A DNA stretch of 64,000 nt. It comes from Octopus sinensis (lineage: Eukaryota). Location of the stretch: assembly GCF_006345805.1 (NCBI RefSeq), contig NC_043003.1, forward strand, positions 34,038,001 through 34,102,000, given 5' to 3'. Below are positions 24,314-37,718 of this stretch, piece after piece. The notes under the pieces are model-generated. The model made no database searches and had not been told where the DNA came from. It saw only the letters and a list, made by a program, of their open reading frames with translations. Made by a program: the position numbers and the translations under genes. Numbering within the stretch: the stretch's first letter is position 1; each line of letters begins with the position of its first letter.

Positions 24314-24983
24314 TTTATATGAGTAGAAAGTATGTTTCTGCCAGTATTTACATTTGTATGATTTTTCTATGAGTGTGTTTACAAGGGGAATCTTAGAGAA
24401 GAGAATATGGAAGAGTTCAGAGTTGCAAATGTTACAAAATCTCCTGCCCTTACCAAAAGGAAAGGATACAGACAGTATGAACCAATCTAACTTGAATTTA
24501 TATTGTTGTCTTTAAGACGCCAAACTAATTTACAACAATCATAGCAATAAAAACTTCGTTTCGATCTCGGAGGACAACCCCAACAGAATTAAATTTTTGT
24601 CTAGTAATTCTAAGATTAAGAATTCTATTTACCAGTGTAGAATTTGTTCCGGTACCGATGTCTTCTTCTATATAGGAGCGTCCACTTCCCAGTTATCCAA
24701 GAGAATTTCAAACCATTATTCAACATTCAGGGATTGTAAAAAACGACATAGTACAGGACTAAGTAAATTAATTTAGCGTCTTAAAGACAACAATATAAAT
24801 TTCAAGTTAGATTGGTTCATACTGTCTGTATCATTTCCTTTTGATAAGGGCAGGAGATTTTTTAACATTTGCAACTCTGAACTCTTCCATATTCTCTCCT
24901 CTAAGGTTCCCCTTGTAAACACACTCATAGAAAAATCATACAAATGTAAACACTGGCAGAAACATACTTTCTACTCATATAAA
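24314..24983. mobile_element. MITE-like element with ~220 bp near-identical inverted arms and ~230 bp spacer
   Basis: 24314-24533 (tttatatgagtagaaagtatgtttctgccag...) is the reverse complement of 24763-24983 (...ctggcagaaacatactttctactcatataaa) with few differences. Confidence 0.92.
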
Positions 24984-25387
24984 TGATAACGATAGTCATT
25001 GTGGTTTGAACAATTAGCTTAACGTGCACTCCACTTCAATAGCGAAATTCTTTCCTAAGCCTTCGAACATTCTATCAATCAACGTACCCTTCCCTCTCCA
25101 CTTGTTCCCTACCTATTATTCCTTTAACCCTTCTCTTCCTACTATCTATCTTTGACGTCAATTCTTCTAACGTTTTTTTTAAAAACACTCATCATCGTTT
25201 TGTTTACCATGTAGGAAGTCATCGAAATTTTTGTTTGTCTTGTTGTCGAGATTGGCTCCCTTTCTTTCCTGATGAGAAGATTGCATAATGCACCCTTTAT
25301 TCCTTTGGAATGAAACCATGTTGTCTTCGAAACATATGTCGAGAGTAAAGGAATTTTGTTAACATCTTCGTTCGACTCCATTCTTTC

Positions 25388-25443
<56 letters not shown>

Positions 25444-25449
25444 CATACA

Positions 25450-25590
25450 TCTAAGGAATCTCCTTGGAGGAGAGGTAGATATTTTCAAGAAACGACTTCA
25501 TTTCTTCTTATCCAAGATTCCAGATGGACCAATATCAAGGTAGAAAACTGAAAAGGGGGCAGCAGTGGATAACTCTCTCTCCTTCACCAA
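25450..25590 (+). mobile_element. CR1/L2-like LINE 3' end fragment
   Basis: Reads LRNLLGGEVDIFKKRLHFFLSKIPDGP...AAVDNSL, resembling the FK..LD.FL..VPD.P...AA.SNSL C-terminus of such LINEs. Confidence 0.45.
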
Positions 25591-25679
25591 AATCCAATCA
25601 CATAGAATTGGTTAATTAAAAATGGTTTACAATGGCAGTAAATAAAAGAATGAAAGAATACATTATATATGTATAATAT

Positions 25680-25711
<32 letters not shown>

Positions 25712-25999
25712 GCATATATATATACATATATATACACACACATATCTATATACATATAGTATACACATATATATACATACACACACATATATACATACAT
25801 ATATATATGCACACACACATAATTTGACACAATACAGATGGTCGTAGCTGTTTTTATTTTGATTATAAATTGCTTAATAACCAGCGCAATCCCTGCAAAA
25901 TATTAGTAATATCTCAAACGTGTTCTGATCCCATACTCTCACTGCAGTATGGGTACATCTACCATAGCTGGGATTTGTATATCCCGGGCACACTGTGAT

Positions 26000-26660
26000 G
26001 ATCACTCAATATAAATGCCTTATGGATCACAGTTCCTACTACGAACATCACCAACACCACTCTTTAAATTTTACTGCCACTAACGCCACCCTCTTGAACC
26101 TTGTATCATCCTCTTTATTATCACTGTGTATGCACTGCACTATGACCGCAACTTCCACCACGACACTCACAACACTAACACTTCTATTACAGCTGTTTCA
26201 CCGACTCAACTATCGTTAGAATATCATTGATAAACGACCCCATCAAAACAGTATCGCCAACATCTTCATCACCATCATCACTCCATCATCACCATTATCA
26301 TCACTATTGCAATCACCATCATCACCACCACCGTCATCACCAACATTGAAACCACCGCCACGATCACATTCATATCATAATTGAACACTGCCACTAAAAG
26401 CATACCACCACAAACACCATCGTCACCACTACCACTATTGTGTTAATGTCATCACCCAACATCCCCACCAAAATATTATTACCAACACCTCCACTACCAT
26501 TAACTGTATTATCACGATCCCCATCTTTCCTCCGACAACCATCAACCTATCCTCTAACCAATATCACTACTATTGCTATCACATCTCCCGAAGACTTACT
26601 CCGCCACCGATAACCGATCACCGATGCCGCCACCATCACCACTATTACCATTACCAACAG
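26000..26660. repeat. Degenerate (CAC/CAT/ACT)n low-complexity tract
   Basis: Imperfect trinucleotide repeats visible throughout. Confidence 0.75.
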
Positions 26661-27292
26661 CCTCGCATAAAAACTTAAAACTCCTAAAAAAGAAAATTAA
26701 CAAAATCACAAACACACAAACACCCACATAAAATCAATGAACAAAAGCAAAAATGGAAGATGTTGCCGGTAGCAAAATTTGCAACACTTTTATCATGTTG
26801 TAATCAGAATCTTTTGTAGGAATTAACAGCATTTTATTTTTGTTTAAATTATCATCGGGCAAAACTGTTAGAAAAAGATTAATTATTGATGTGCTCCGAG
26901 AAACAACGAAAAGAAGGAAGGAAAGACAGGAATTATGAAAAATATATGTGTGTAAGTTTGTGACTGTGTGTACCGGCGTGTGTGAGTGTGCATGCTTGTA
27001 TGTGTGTGTTTGTGTAGGTGTGGTAGTGGGATGTGGAGAGAAAGAGAAAGACATGTAGAGAGGTGAGAAGGGGAGAGAGAGAGAGACGGTAAAAGAGAGA
27101 CAACGGTAGTATTGAAAGGCAAAATAAGAGGCAAAGTACATGTGTATGTGCATGTCTATATGTGCCTGTATTTGTGCACATACATGTACCCAGACACACA
27201 CACACGCAATCGCGCACACTCACATATATATTTATATATATATACCTATATACATACATATATACATATACATATATATATATAATTATTTG

Positions 27293-27323
<31 letters not shown>

Positions 27324-27539
27324 GTATGTATATATATGTATATATGTATATATATGTATATACATGTATGTATATATATGCATATGCATGTATATGCATG
27401 TATACATGTATATATATATATGTGTATATGTATTAGATGTATGTATATAATATGTATATAAATATGTATATATACGTACGTATATATGTATATATATATA
27501 TATGTATATATATATGTATATCAATATGTATATATATGT

Positions 27540-27584
<45 letters not shown>

Positions 27585-27899
27585 GAAGATATGAAAAGAC
27601 TCATAGAAAGAGAGAATGAAATACAGAAGGAGAAGAGAGAGAAAGAAAGAGGTAAGGAAGCTAGGGAGAAAGGAACGAAAAAAAGACAAAAAGGAAAGAT
27701 AGAATGAAATGAAATTGAAAAAGAGAAAAAAGGAAGAATGGACGAATGAAGGAAGGTAAAAAGTTGAGGGAAAGGCAGATAATTAAGTAAAAAAAAAAGT
27801 TTAGTAAATGAAATTAAGAAGAAATTAAAATAATAGAATAGACGCTCGCCAACAAAACAAGGTTGAAAACAAATATGAACATTAAATAGCAACAAGAGT

Positions 27900-27942
27900 A
27901 GCATTAGCAACTACAACAACAACAACAACAACAATAATAATA

Positions 27943-27996
<54 letters not shown>

Positions 27997-28175
27997 ATGA
28001 TAATGATGATAATAATAATAATAATAATGATAATAATAATGATAATAATAATAATGATAATAATAATAATAATAATAATAATAAGAAGAAGAAGAAGAAG
28101 AAGAAGAATTATTATGATTATTATTATTATTATTATGATTATTATTAGGATGATGATGATGGTAGTGATGATTTC
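27900..28175. repeat. Compound (AAC)(AAT)(ATT)(AAG)(GAT) microsatellite
   Basis: Directly visible; forms the tail of the adjacent minus-strand Tx1 element. Confidence 0.95.
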
Positions 28176-28179
28176 ATTA

Positions 28180-30010
28180 TTAATCGTAAAGTTTGAAAAA
28201 GCGGTCGAGGACTGTACAAAAAACGAGTGAACAAAATAAATAACGAAAACAAAAGAAGAAACCTTGAAACAAATGAAAATTGCCCCACTAGTGGGGAATC
28301 TTCCGAGGAAACTTTCGTGGAAGCCCCACAAGACCCGAGTCACCCTGAACACTAACGCAAGCGCCGTCTCCCAGCTCTCATTATCCAGAAAACAAGAATA
28401 CACTTAGTGCCGGTCCTCTTTGCTCGCATCATACTCGCTACTCGTATCCACCTATCTATAAATTTGTTGAGAGGCAACTCTTCCTCTCCAGCTATATTTA
28501 CTTTTCAAAGGAAATTTTTAAAAGTTGACCGTTTTATGAAGGTAGGAATTGCCTGTCTATAGTCCTTTCAGTTTCTCTCACCACATAACACCCTTTGCCA
28601 AACAGATCAAAATTGCTGCCCGTCTCAACCAAGGAAAATCGGTAAAACAATCTTCATGCAGGACTTATCCAGATGTCGGATCCGTTATACACCTAATATA
28701 TACGCCAGATTGATTACTTGTGGAAATATATGTTTAAAAAAATCTGCAATACTCGAGCACTAAGTAAATTCATGCAAAATGGTTTTGTTCCTCTATGCTC
28801 ATTTCAGATAGATCAACATGACGAAACATGTTGAAGAGTTACCGCACTCTGGTAACACTGTCAGACAACGATTTTGGGGAATTATCCTTGACATCCTTCA
28901 TGACAGTTCTAGATAATCCAGCTAGTTGATATTCACTGAGACCAAAATTTCCATCGAGAACATCGTCCTTAACAACACCGCTATAGAATGCAAATATGGA
29001 TCTCCCACCGACTGCATTGCTCAGTTGCTCATCATTGGATGTACTTTCCGCTATAGTGGCTCTAGAATCAGTGCATAAAAAGAAAAACAAGCAAAGACAA
29101 CTATTTAGAAAATGCTTTAGCTGATACTTGAAATCTGTGTTTAGCAGAGTTATAGGCTGCAAAATATCAATGTGGTTCCCTCTTGTTCGGGTCCTTTTTA
29201 AACATAACTAAGGCACCTTGACCCATAAAGCTGAGATGGAAAGTCGTCAAGGTAGGAATTGACTTTCATCCTACGATCCAGTCCGCAACTTATCCTTAAC
29301 ATATTAGTTCCTTATTAGATATTTCTCTTATCTGGTTTTCTCTTTTTCATTGCTTAAACTTATTGTTTGTATTCTAATCGATCATTTCAGAGTAAACGTT
29401 CATTTGTTGTTGACGGTTACCCTCGTCAATACCTGCTTCACTAATTCGCTATTCTCGCCTCCGTGGATTTCCTGCACCGGGAAAGACACGTTCAGTATTC
29501 AGTAACCAGATTCCTTCTCACGAATTTATCTAGGTCGATCGTACAGATGATATTTTTATGCTCTATGTAACCGACAGCTTTAAAATGATGACAACCTACG
29601 TTATTCCTATCTATTGGCCTCTCTCTTAATGTGATCTAGATGATCCAATGAAGTTTGTCCATTTCATCTGAAGTACATTTGAGTCATCCATTCGGCACCA
29701 GTGTGACAGTTAGAAACGTCCTACCAAGTGTATGCGAGTTTACAAGCATCTGCTCCTGCAGCTATCGTGCATTTAGGAAACTATTCTAATTTCTCACTAG
29801 CGGTAATGAGTAAACTATTCCTGAGAATGATAATAGACGCCAGAATACATTTTGCTGATTCACCCTTGTATCATAAACAGCTATTAGTCGGAAGGCATGA
29901 CATTCGCTGTTGATCATGTTCAGCTCCAACGACTTACTTTCTGCATTCAGGAAGGCAATCCTCGTTGCGATATCCTGAACGTTCTGAAACAATGCAGTAA
30001 TCTCCACCTC
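28180..30010 (-). mobile_element. L1/Tx1-clade LINE, internally deleted and decayed (APE endonuclease, RT, 3' end)
   Basis: Minus strand: ECHAFRLIAVY (APE, ~29900), VGCHHFKAVGYIEHK (~29580), KKDPNK...QPITLLNTDFK and EQLSNAVGGRSIF (RT, 29200-29010), then 3' UTR ending at an (ATC/AAT) tail. Confidence 0.75.
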
Positions 30011-30036
30011 CCGATCCCAGCTGATTTTATGATATA

Positions 30037-30226
30037 TACGAGGGTTGCTAAAATGTCCCTGGCTTTGGCTAAAAGAAAATAAAGGAGGATCAGTTAATCG
30101 TGATTATATCAAACATCTTCCATTTTTAAATTCACACACTTATTGCATTGGTCCTTCAGTTTTTCTAAGACCTGTAAAAAGCCTCGGAATGTTGGGCCTG
30201 CAGGAACTTTTCAGCACCCCCTTGTA
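30037..30226. mobile_element. 190 bp mariner-derived MITE
   Basis: TIRs tacgagggttgctaaaatgtccctggc and gcaggaacttttcagcacccccttgta, with TA at both ends. Confidence 0.85.
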
Positions 30227-30399
30227 TAGCAAATATTCACCACATATGGTCGTGAAGTGTCATGTGTCATCGGCTGCATGTTGAAAGAAGGATACTAATT
30301 GTGTTACGAGTAAGAAAGAAATTGTAAGCTGTTGCCTGGACAGACTACAAGAAGGTTTACAATTTTCAATACTGCTGGCTCTTTGACGTACCTGAGGAC

Positions 30400-31560
30400 A
30401 CTTGGAGCGAATAGAAAGATAAAACAGCTTTCTGAGAAAGCATGAATGAGAGTGTGGGCGTTAGACTATGCACAAATGAATCGTCGTTAGGAAACGTGGA
30501 AATACGCAGCGGTACCTTCAAGGAGGACTCACCCACCTCATTATTTTTTGTCATCGCTTTAATACCTCGAACGAATATACTGAAAAAATACGTAGGGGTT
30601 TACCAAAACCAAGGTGAATCATTTGCTATATATGGATAAACTCAAACTATATACAAGAAAATATAAAAATCTGGATTTTCAAATCGAAGTAGTGAAAGTA
30701 TTCAGTAAAGATGCTAGTTTGAGTTAAAGAAGTGTGCTTTACTACTTATGGTTTGAGACTCGAAGATAAACTATTATAGTATTGAATTACCACAAGACAA
30801 CATCATTAGATTGCTTTAGAATAATGAGGGATGCATATACCTTGGGGTGCTGCAATGCGATACGATAATGGAATGAGAAATCAAGGATAACATTTCGAAA
30901 GAGTTTGAGAGAATTAGGAAGGTGCTCGAAACAAATTTAAATTGGGGGAGAATATCAAAGTATTAAATAAACGGGCTACGCTAGTCTTAAGACACCCTGC
31001 TTCCCCTTTAGAATAGACAACGGTAGAGCTACAAAATGCGAGAACTAAGAAACTATTCACAATACACAACGCATGCCAGCCGAATATAATAACAACAGAT
31101 TCTACCTAACAGGGAAGGAAGAGGACGACTCCCGGCCGACGCATCACTATCACCTAGAAGAATTCAAGAACAGAAGGAAGAACTCTAGAATAGATTGCTG
31201 GAGATTACATGGCCAGTTCATGTAAGAATTCGAGGACGTTCGAAGTAAAGAGCCCTGGTTGTGAGAGGCGGACTACGAGAGATCAAAACGCTAATTATAG
31301 CTGCTCAGAAACAAGACATGAGAACGAATCTGACAAAGGCTAAGATCGATAAAATCAATCAAAAAGCAAATGCAGAATCTCCGGGGAAAGAGGACAACAC
31401 CAAAAAATGTAACCGCAGCAAAAGCGTTCACTTGGAATGTTAATCGAACGTATGATTTTAAAGTAACAGAAAAGTGGTATGAACACGAACCATAGGCTGC
31501 GAGAGAGGACAAAAATTATAGGATTTATGAGGCTACTCATAAAAAATGGCCATACATCTG
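30400..31560 (+). mobile_element. R4/Dong-clade LINE fragment (RT core to zinc-knuckle region), decayed
   Basis: LGNVEIRSGTFKEDSPTSLFFVIALIP, NHLLYMDKLKLY (YMDD box), YLGVLQCD, LIIAAQKQDMRTN..KAKIDK, KWYEHEP. Confidence 0.88.
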
Positions 31561-32569
31561 AAGCTAGAAGACAAGGTATAAAGAACAAATTAAAAAATCA
31601 CATAAGATCAGAGACTGTGGAAATTATCTTAGTAAATATTCTCGTTTCTATTTAGGTGCATACAATTATAGGTCATTATATATGTGTTGAAGCAAGTGAT
31701 TATTTCTTTTATTTAATTTGGTTGTTAAGACTGCTGAATTTGTAACACTTGACCTTGTTTCATCAAGTAAAAACTGTTCCATTATGTCTTCGTTTTCGTC
31801 CATGGCAAGGTTGCTTAACGTGTAACACACATTATTTCATTACATTGACATTTTCTATCATACATATGATTTGGGCTCCATTGTCAATTAGGACAAAACT
31901 CTTGTCACTTAGGACAAAACTCTTGAACTTCATATTCAAGATTTCTGTTATATCTTGGATGTCTCTCCATATTTAACTTAGTTTAAAGCTTCAAACTCGA
32001 GTACAAATCACGATTAGCAGAATATAGATAAAAGTATAACAAATTATATGTTACCTTAGTTGCAGTTGCAATAAAGAAAACAATGAGAATATTTGCATCA
32101 ATATAGCAAATACCAACTGCGGTAACTACTGTAGATATATACCTGTATAAGGCAGGATGGCTACGGTTTTAACGTCTTTCACCAGAGGTCAGATGGCACC
32201 TAATCTGGCATCAAACAAAAATAACGACATAACTGCAACAGGATCGCGTTAACAAGAGCAACAAAAACAATAGTAACACCAGCGACGCCGATGACGGCGA
32301 CAACAACGCCGCTGACGATGACAACGATAGCAACAACAACAACAACGGCTGCAGCATTGATGACAATTAAGAGAAATTGTATGACAACATATTTGATAAC
32401 AACACACACGGAAGCAACGACAGAGGCGATGAGAAATGAGTTTGACGGCAGTGGCAGGGACGAGAAGGGCAGCGTCGACGCGATCAACTTCACGAAGAAC
32501 ACCAAAAAGAAAATGGCGGCACGCCGTAGGGCGGAAGAGATCGAGATGAACACCAACATATTCAAAGTT

Positions 32570-32937
32570 TCCAGTCACTACCATCATTATCATCATCATC
32601 ATCACAATCATCATCACCATCATCATCATCATCATCACCATCATCATCATCATCGTCGTCGTCGTCGTCGTCGTCGTCATCATCATCATCATCAGGATCA
32701 TCATCAACATCATCAACAACAACAGCAACAACAACAATCATCGCCACTACCACCAATACTAATAGCATAATTTAACTACTACCACCATCAGCACCAACCC
32801 CACTAATGGTACCACCACCACCACCACCACTACTAATACTAGCAAAAACAACACTGTTATTACCACAAGACTACCCTCGACGCTGCTAATATAATCACAA
32901 GCTTCAAGAAACAATGTCAACTACATAGGCAGAGAAC

Positions 32938-32970
<33 letters not shown>

Positions 32971-33363
32971 AAGAGAGATAGAACAGGAAAGATAGAGAGA
33001 AGTATAGGAGTATATATGCATGCATATATGTGTGCATGTGTTTCAGTATGACTACAACTGTGTTTGTGTTCGTGTGTGTGTGTACAGTTACAAAACAGCT
33101 GCAGGAGTATTTTTAACTCCATTGAGTCAGCTTTGTTTCTTGTTGGCTTTTAATGTTTTTCTACGTTACACGTTGCGTCACACCATCTCAAATCATATTC
33201 ACATCAAATCTTTATCTATTTATCGTCCCATTCAGCCTGACTCCTTTTACTCAATGCATTCTCTCTTTCTCTCTCTCCTCTTCTTCTGTCTATCTTTTTA
33301 TCTGTCTCTCTCTCTCCTCTTCTTCTATCTATCTATTTATCCGGATCTCTCTCTCTCTCTATC

Positions 33364-33452
<89 letters not shown>

Positions 33453-33469
33453 GTCTGTATGTCTGTCTA

Positions 33470-33509
<40 letters not shown>

Positions 33510-33647
33510 TCTATCTGTCTGTATGTCTGTCTGTCTGTCTGTCTATTTATGTATGTAAGTATGTATGTATGTATGTATGTATGTATGTATGTATGTATGT
33601 ATCTATCTATCTATCTATTCTATATATATATCTCTATATCTATCTAC

Positions 33648-33731
<84 letters not shown>

Positions 33732-33997
33732 TAGTCTATCTGTCTCTAATAGGGTTTTTTTTTGCATGTCGAAAGTCACACACTTTGTCTCCTTTCATAT
33801 TCCTTTCATTTTCTGTCTTTTATCACACTTTATCTCTGATTTTTTACTCTATTGACAGTCGCCTCCTTCCTCCTATATTTCCTCGTCTAACATTTCCACA
33901 TAGTCATCAACAGAAACAACAGAAGCGGCAGTAGCAGCGGTGGTACTAAAGCTATCATCGTCGTCACCGTCGTAGTTACCATCATCATCATCATCAT

Positions 33998-34032
<35 letters not shown>

Positions 34033-34158
34033 ATTCATCGTCCTCATCATCTTATTATCATTCTGAAAATCATTAACATTGCTATTATGAACATCCTGAC
34101 TGCTATCATTAACATTATCATCATTTTCAATATCATCAGCACCTTGATCATAATCACT

Positions 34159-34206
<48 letters not shown>

Positions 34207-34230
34207 GTCACCACTATCACCATTAACGTC
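32570..34230. repeat. Microsatellite cluster: (CAT)n/(CAC)n 32570-32870, (GA)n ~32935-33000, (TATC)n/(TGTC)n/(TATG)n 33360-33730, (CAT)n 33950-34230
   Basis: Directly visible arrays; they account for the 304 aa and 193 aa YLSI-repeat ORFs. Confidence 0.93.
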
Positions 34231-34429
34231 ATAATCATCACCACCAAATTTATCTTTGTTCAACATAAGGGAGGTTTCTATACGTTTATACGTGCCTGTT
34301 GGAAAGAACAACGTAATTTCATTGAAATAAGCCTTTCACTATTAGAAAAACAGTGATGCATTATGTTATGTGCCTTAGTTGTGTGCGCGCGCGTGTGTAC
34401 ATCTTTTGCAGACATGTAGAAGGCTTTAG

Positions 34430-34600
34430 GGTTTGTCTACATATTTTTGAATGAAGCAATATGGCTCCATTCTCTGTCCTCTCTTTTTCATAGGAGTGTT
34501 TGAGTTCATGTTCAATCTCAACCAATGCTTGTTTGAGACGGTGTTCTTTGCTATCCATTTAGGCGGTGTGAGATTTTTGCTCGTCGTCGCATAAGAAACC
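34430..34600 (-). mobile_element. CR1/L2-like LINE fragment (region upstream of RT)
   Basis: RRAKISHRL...LKQALVEIEHELKHSYEKERTE, a charged helical segment typical of this LINE region. Confidence 0.45.
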
Positions 34601-34627
34601 TTATATCACTGGGAATTATATTTATAG

Positions 34628-35068
34628 GCCACACCATCAATGAAGAATACTATGGTAACTTGCAGGGGTAGTTACAAAAGGCTATCAAGAACAAACGCTC
34701 AGAAAACTTACGAAAGTGGTCTTGTTTCATCAGGATAAATCTCCAACACACAATCCTTTGGTTTCAACGGTTGCTGTGCATAACTAGCATCCCTCTTCCC
34801 CTGATATGGCCCCAAATGGTTATCATCTTTACCCCAACATGGAAAGCAATTGACAGGAAGCCAGCATCATTATGATGATCACGTGACATCTGTTGTTGAG
34901 ATGATTTTTTGAGCAAGAGGATAAAACCTTCTTGGATCCAAGCACTGCAAAACTAATGAAAGAAATGTATGTACCGCAAGAGGGACTATATTGAAAAATA
35001 AAACTCATTTGATCACTTTACATGCGAGTATCACGGTCAGCCTATGAGTTTTTCAGCCGAGCCTCATA
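34628..35068 (+). mobile_element. 3' half of an irritans-like mariner with right TIR (same family as 11203-12410)
   Basis: GHTINEEYY, VLFHQD, SPDMAP-like peptides; TIR gtcagcctatgagtttttcagccgagcctca+ta. Confidence 0.85.
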
Positions 35069-35199
35069 TATGCATATATACATATACATATGCATATATG
35101 CATGAATATATGTACACATAACCGTGTCATTGAGTTTGTATCTATGTATGCATGTATATATACATACATGCATACATACATACACACACTATACATCCG

Positions 35200-35263
<64 letters not shown>

Positions 35264-35269
<6 letters not shown>

Positions 35270-35934
35270 AATAAAAGGCGGAAATGCGGAAGATGAAATA
35301 TAGAAGAATTTATTAATCATGACAATTGCTACGACACATCAGGCATCGATCTCTCACGAGTTGGACACTCAACAACTGGTTCAGAAGCATCCAGCGGTAC
35401 AGATGTATCTCATCGGGTGATAAATAGACACAACTCGTTAAAGTAGCTTCTCGTTTTGTAAAATGAAAAGCAGCCAGACGGAGTAAATATCTTCATTTAC
35501 ATAAGAGGTTCAAAAATACAATCACAGATGGAAAAAAAGAGAAACCAATACGCAATAAAGTGAGAAAAGTATTAAAAATAACCGTTAACAAATATGGATG
35601 TATAATCGCCCTCGGGCAAGCTGTATGTCTCAGTTAAATTTACGAAAGTGGTCATGTTTCATCAGGACAATGCTCCAGTACACAGGTCTTTGGTTTGAAC
35701 GGCTGCTGTGCATGGGTGTGGCGTTGAACTCGTTCATCACCGTCCCTGTTTCCCTGATTTGACCCTAACTCACCATGGTAAAAGCACGTGTCTGGAAGCC
35801 AACGTTGAGGAACTTATTTTAACTGAACCAGTTGTCGAGTGTCCCCACCTGTGAAGAGTCGATGCTAGATGTGTTGAAACAATTGTCATGATTAATAAAT
35901 TCTCGTATATTTCATCTTCTGCCTTTCATTTGCC

Positions 35935-35936
<2 letters not shown>
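35264..35936. mobile_element. Element with ~120 bp inverted arms (35264-35384 and 35823-35936) enclosing a mariner fragment (~35640-35800)
   Basis: atggcaaat...aatttattaatcatgacaattg...caactggttcag mirrors ctgaaccagttg...caattgtcatgattaataaatt...atttgccat; the inner piece encodes VMFHQDNAPVH. Confidence 0.8.
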
Positions 35937-35968
<32 letters not shown>

Positions 35969-35969
35969 C

Positions 35970-36770
35970 TGGAATTTACAGAAAAACGAAAGACGAAGAC
36001 AGGTGTATAAACAACAAGCATGTGTATTAGTTTGACGCTCGGGAAGGTGAGAACGTCTTCAACGTTTCGAGCCTATGCTCTTCAACATAGAGGAACACGG
36101 TGAAATAAATAGAGAGAACCATGGGACTGTCTGGACAAAGCCAGTTGGATATGAGAGCTAGAAAGAAGAGGAGATAATAAAATACTGGTGATCCGAAAAC
36201 GAAGGTGCGAATGCGTGTGTATATGTGAAAGTGTGTAAGTGGGAGCATGTGGGTAGTGGCAATGACTTTGATGTCTGTATGTGTGCGTGTGTGTGTTCGT
36301 CTGTAATGTGTGGGCGTGTTGATGATGGTGCGGGTACTGAGAAGTGATCAGTGCTAGTATATCTGGAGTGGTGTGGAGTGGTGTGATGTGGTGTGGTGGT
36401 GTGTGGAGTGGGTGGCGGTGTGGGTATATCACAGTGAGATGTGGGTTTGGAGTGAGGATGTCGGAGTAGAGGTGTGGGTGAGGGTGGGGTATGTGGGAAT
36501 GGGATGTGTGGGGGTGGGGTAGATAGAGGGTATGAATGAAGGAAGAAGGTGGGTAGGAGTGAAAAGAGGAAGGGCGTCAGATGAGCAGGGGATGGAAGTT
36601 GAGCCTACGTGGTGCAAAGGAGCGAAGAGAGAAGATACATTCTCGTTCACGGCGAAGGAGGGAGTCCAGACGGCCCATGTACGAAGACAATCTGAACACA
36701 GATAGTTGTTGTAATGAATGACAGCTACAGTGGAAATGACGCGAGGCCAGGCTGTCATTGCCGAGTTTGT
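35970..36770 (-). mobile_element. Penelope-like element 3' end: GIY-YIG C-terminus (36580-36765) and terminal repeat with a hammerhead-like core (36055-36092)
   Basis: LASRHFHCSCHSLQQLSVF...SLLRRERECIFSLRSFAPRRLN matches the VARHFN..HS....RE..I..L..L.P.GLN pattern; downstream TTGAAGA-gcataggctc-GAAACGTT. Confidence 0.7.
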
Positions 36771-37718
36771 GCGTGTGTGTGTGTGTATATATATATAATA
36801 TATATATATATTCATATACACATACATACATACAACATACATACATACATACATACATATATACATACAAACGCACGATAATGTGTACTTATATACATGC
36901 ATATATGCGCATTTTTATGTACATTTGTCTATGATTATATATGTATACATATATGTACGTTTGTATATGCACACATATAATCGCATGAGTGTGTGCCTCT
37001 GTGTGTGTGTTTGAGTGTGTGTACGTGCGTGTTTGTGCATGTGTGTGCGCGTGTATGTTTGTGATAATGGTTTCTGTTGTTGATGTAAATCCCAGTGCAC
37101 TTCCTGATGTAATACTCACTATGAGTACAATAATAACAGCAGCAACGGTTTGTGTTGCCTTCTGAATTCCTGACGGATTCAGAATTCGGACACATGCCCA
37201 TATCTCCCTTTGTGTATTTCCGTCACTTATTCTTTAACATCCACAAATAAATAACCTTAGGAACTGCTCTCAACAATCTCCAATAAAAATAAAATCACGG
37301 TTATATTCTTAGCTAACTACTAATATTTAAAACTCAATCAGATAAACTACATGCGGCTTAGTGCTAGCTACTTCAGCGACGTTACAATAAACAGCAGACG
37401 TGAAACAATTAAACATGTACTACGGTTGATATATATAACCAGAATCTTTGATACTGCGCGCATAGACGGCAACATTTTCAAAAAATTCGGATCCATAAGA
37501 GAATAAAAGAATTAAAGTACATTTCCATGTGCTTTGATGTCATATATAAATAAATGAACTGAGAAGCAACAAGTACGAAGGATACTATGTAAACATTTTT
37601 AGTTATGTCCATTTTCGAACTGAGTTCATATCCTCTGGTACTTCTGAGGGCGATATAGTAAATTACTTTCTAGTACACGTGTGGATATATTCAAAGGTAG
37701 ATAAAATAAATTACTTAC

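Noticed and set aside
37065-37240. Minus-strand hydrophobic frame (IQKATQTVAAVIIVLI) resembling a GPCR TM6
   Set aside because: No acceptor, no diagnostic residues, and it runs into a microsatellite.
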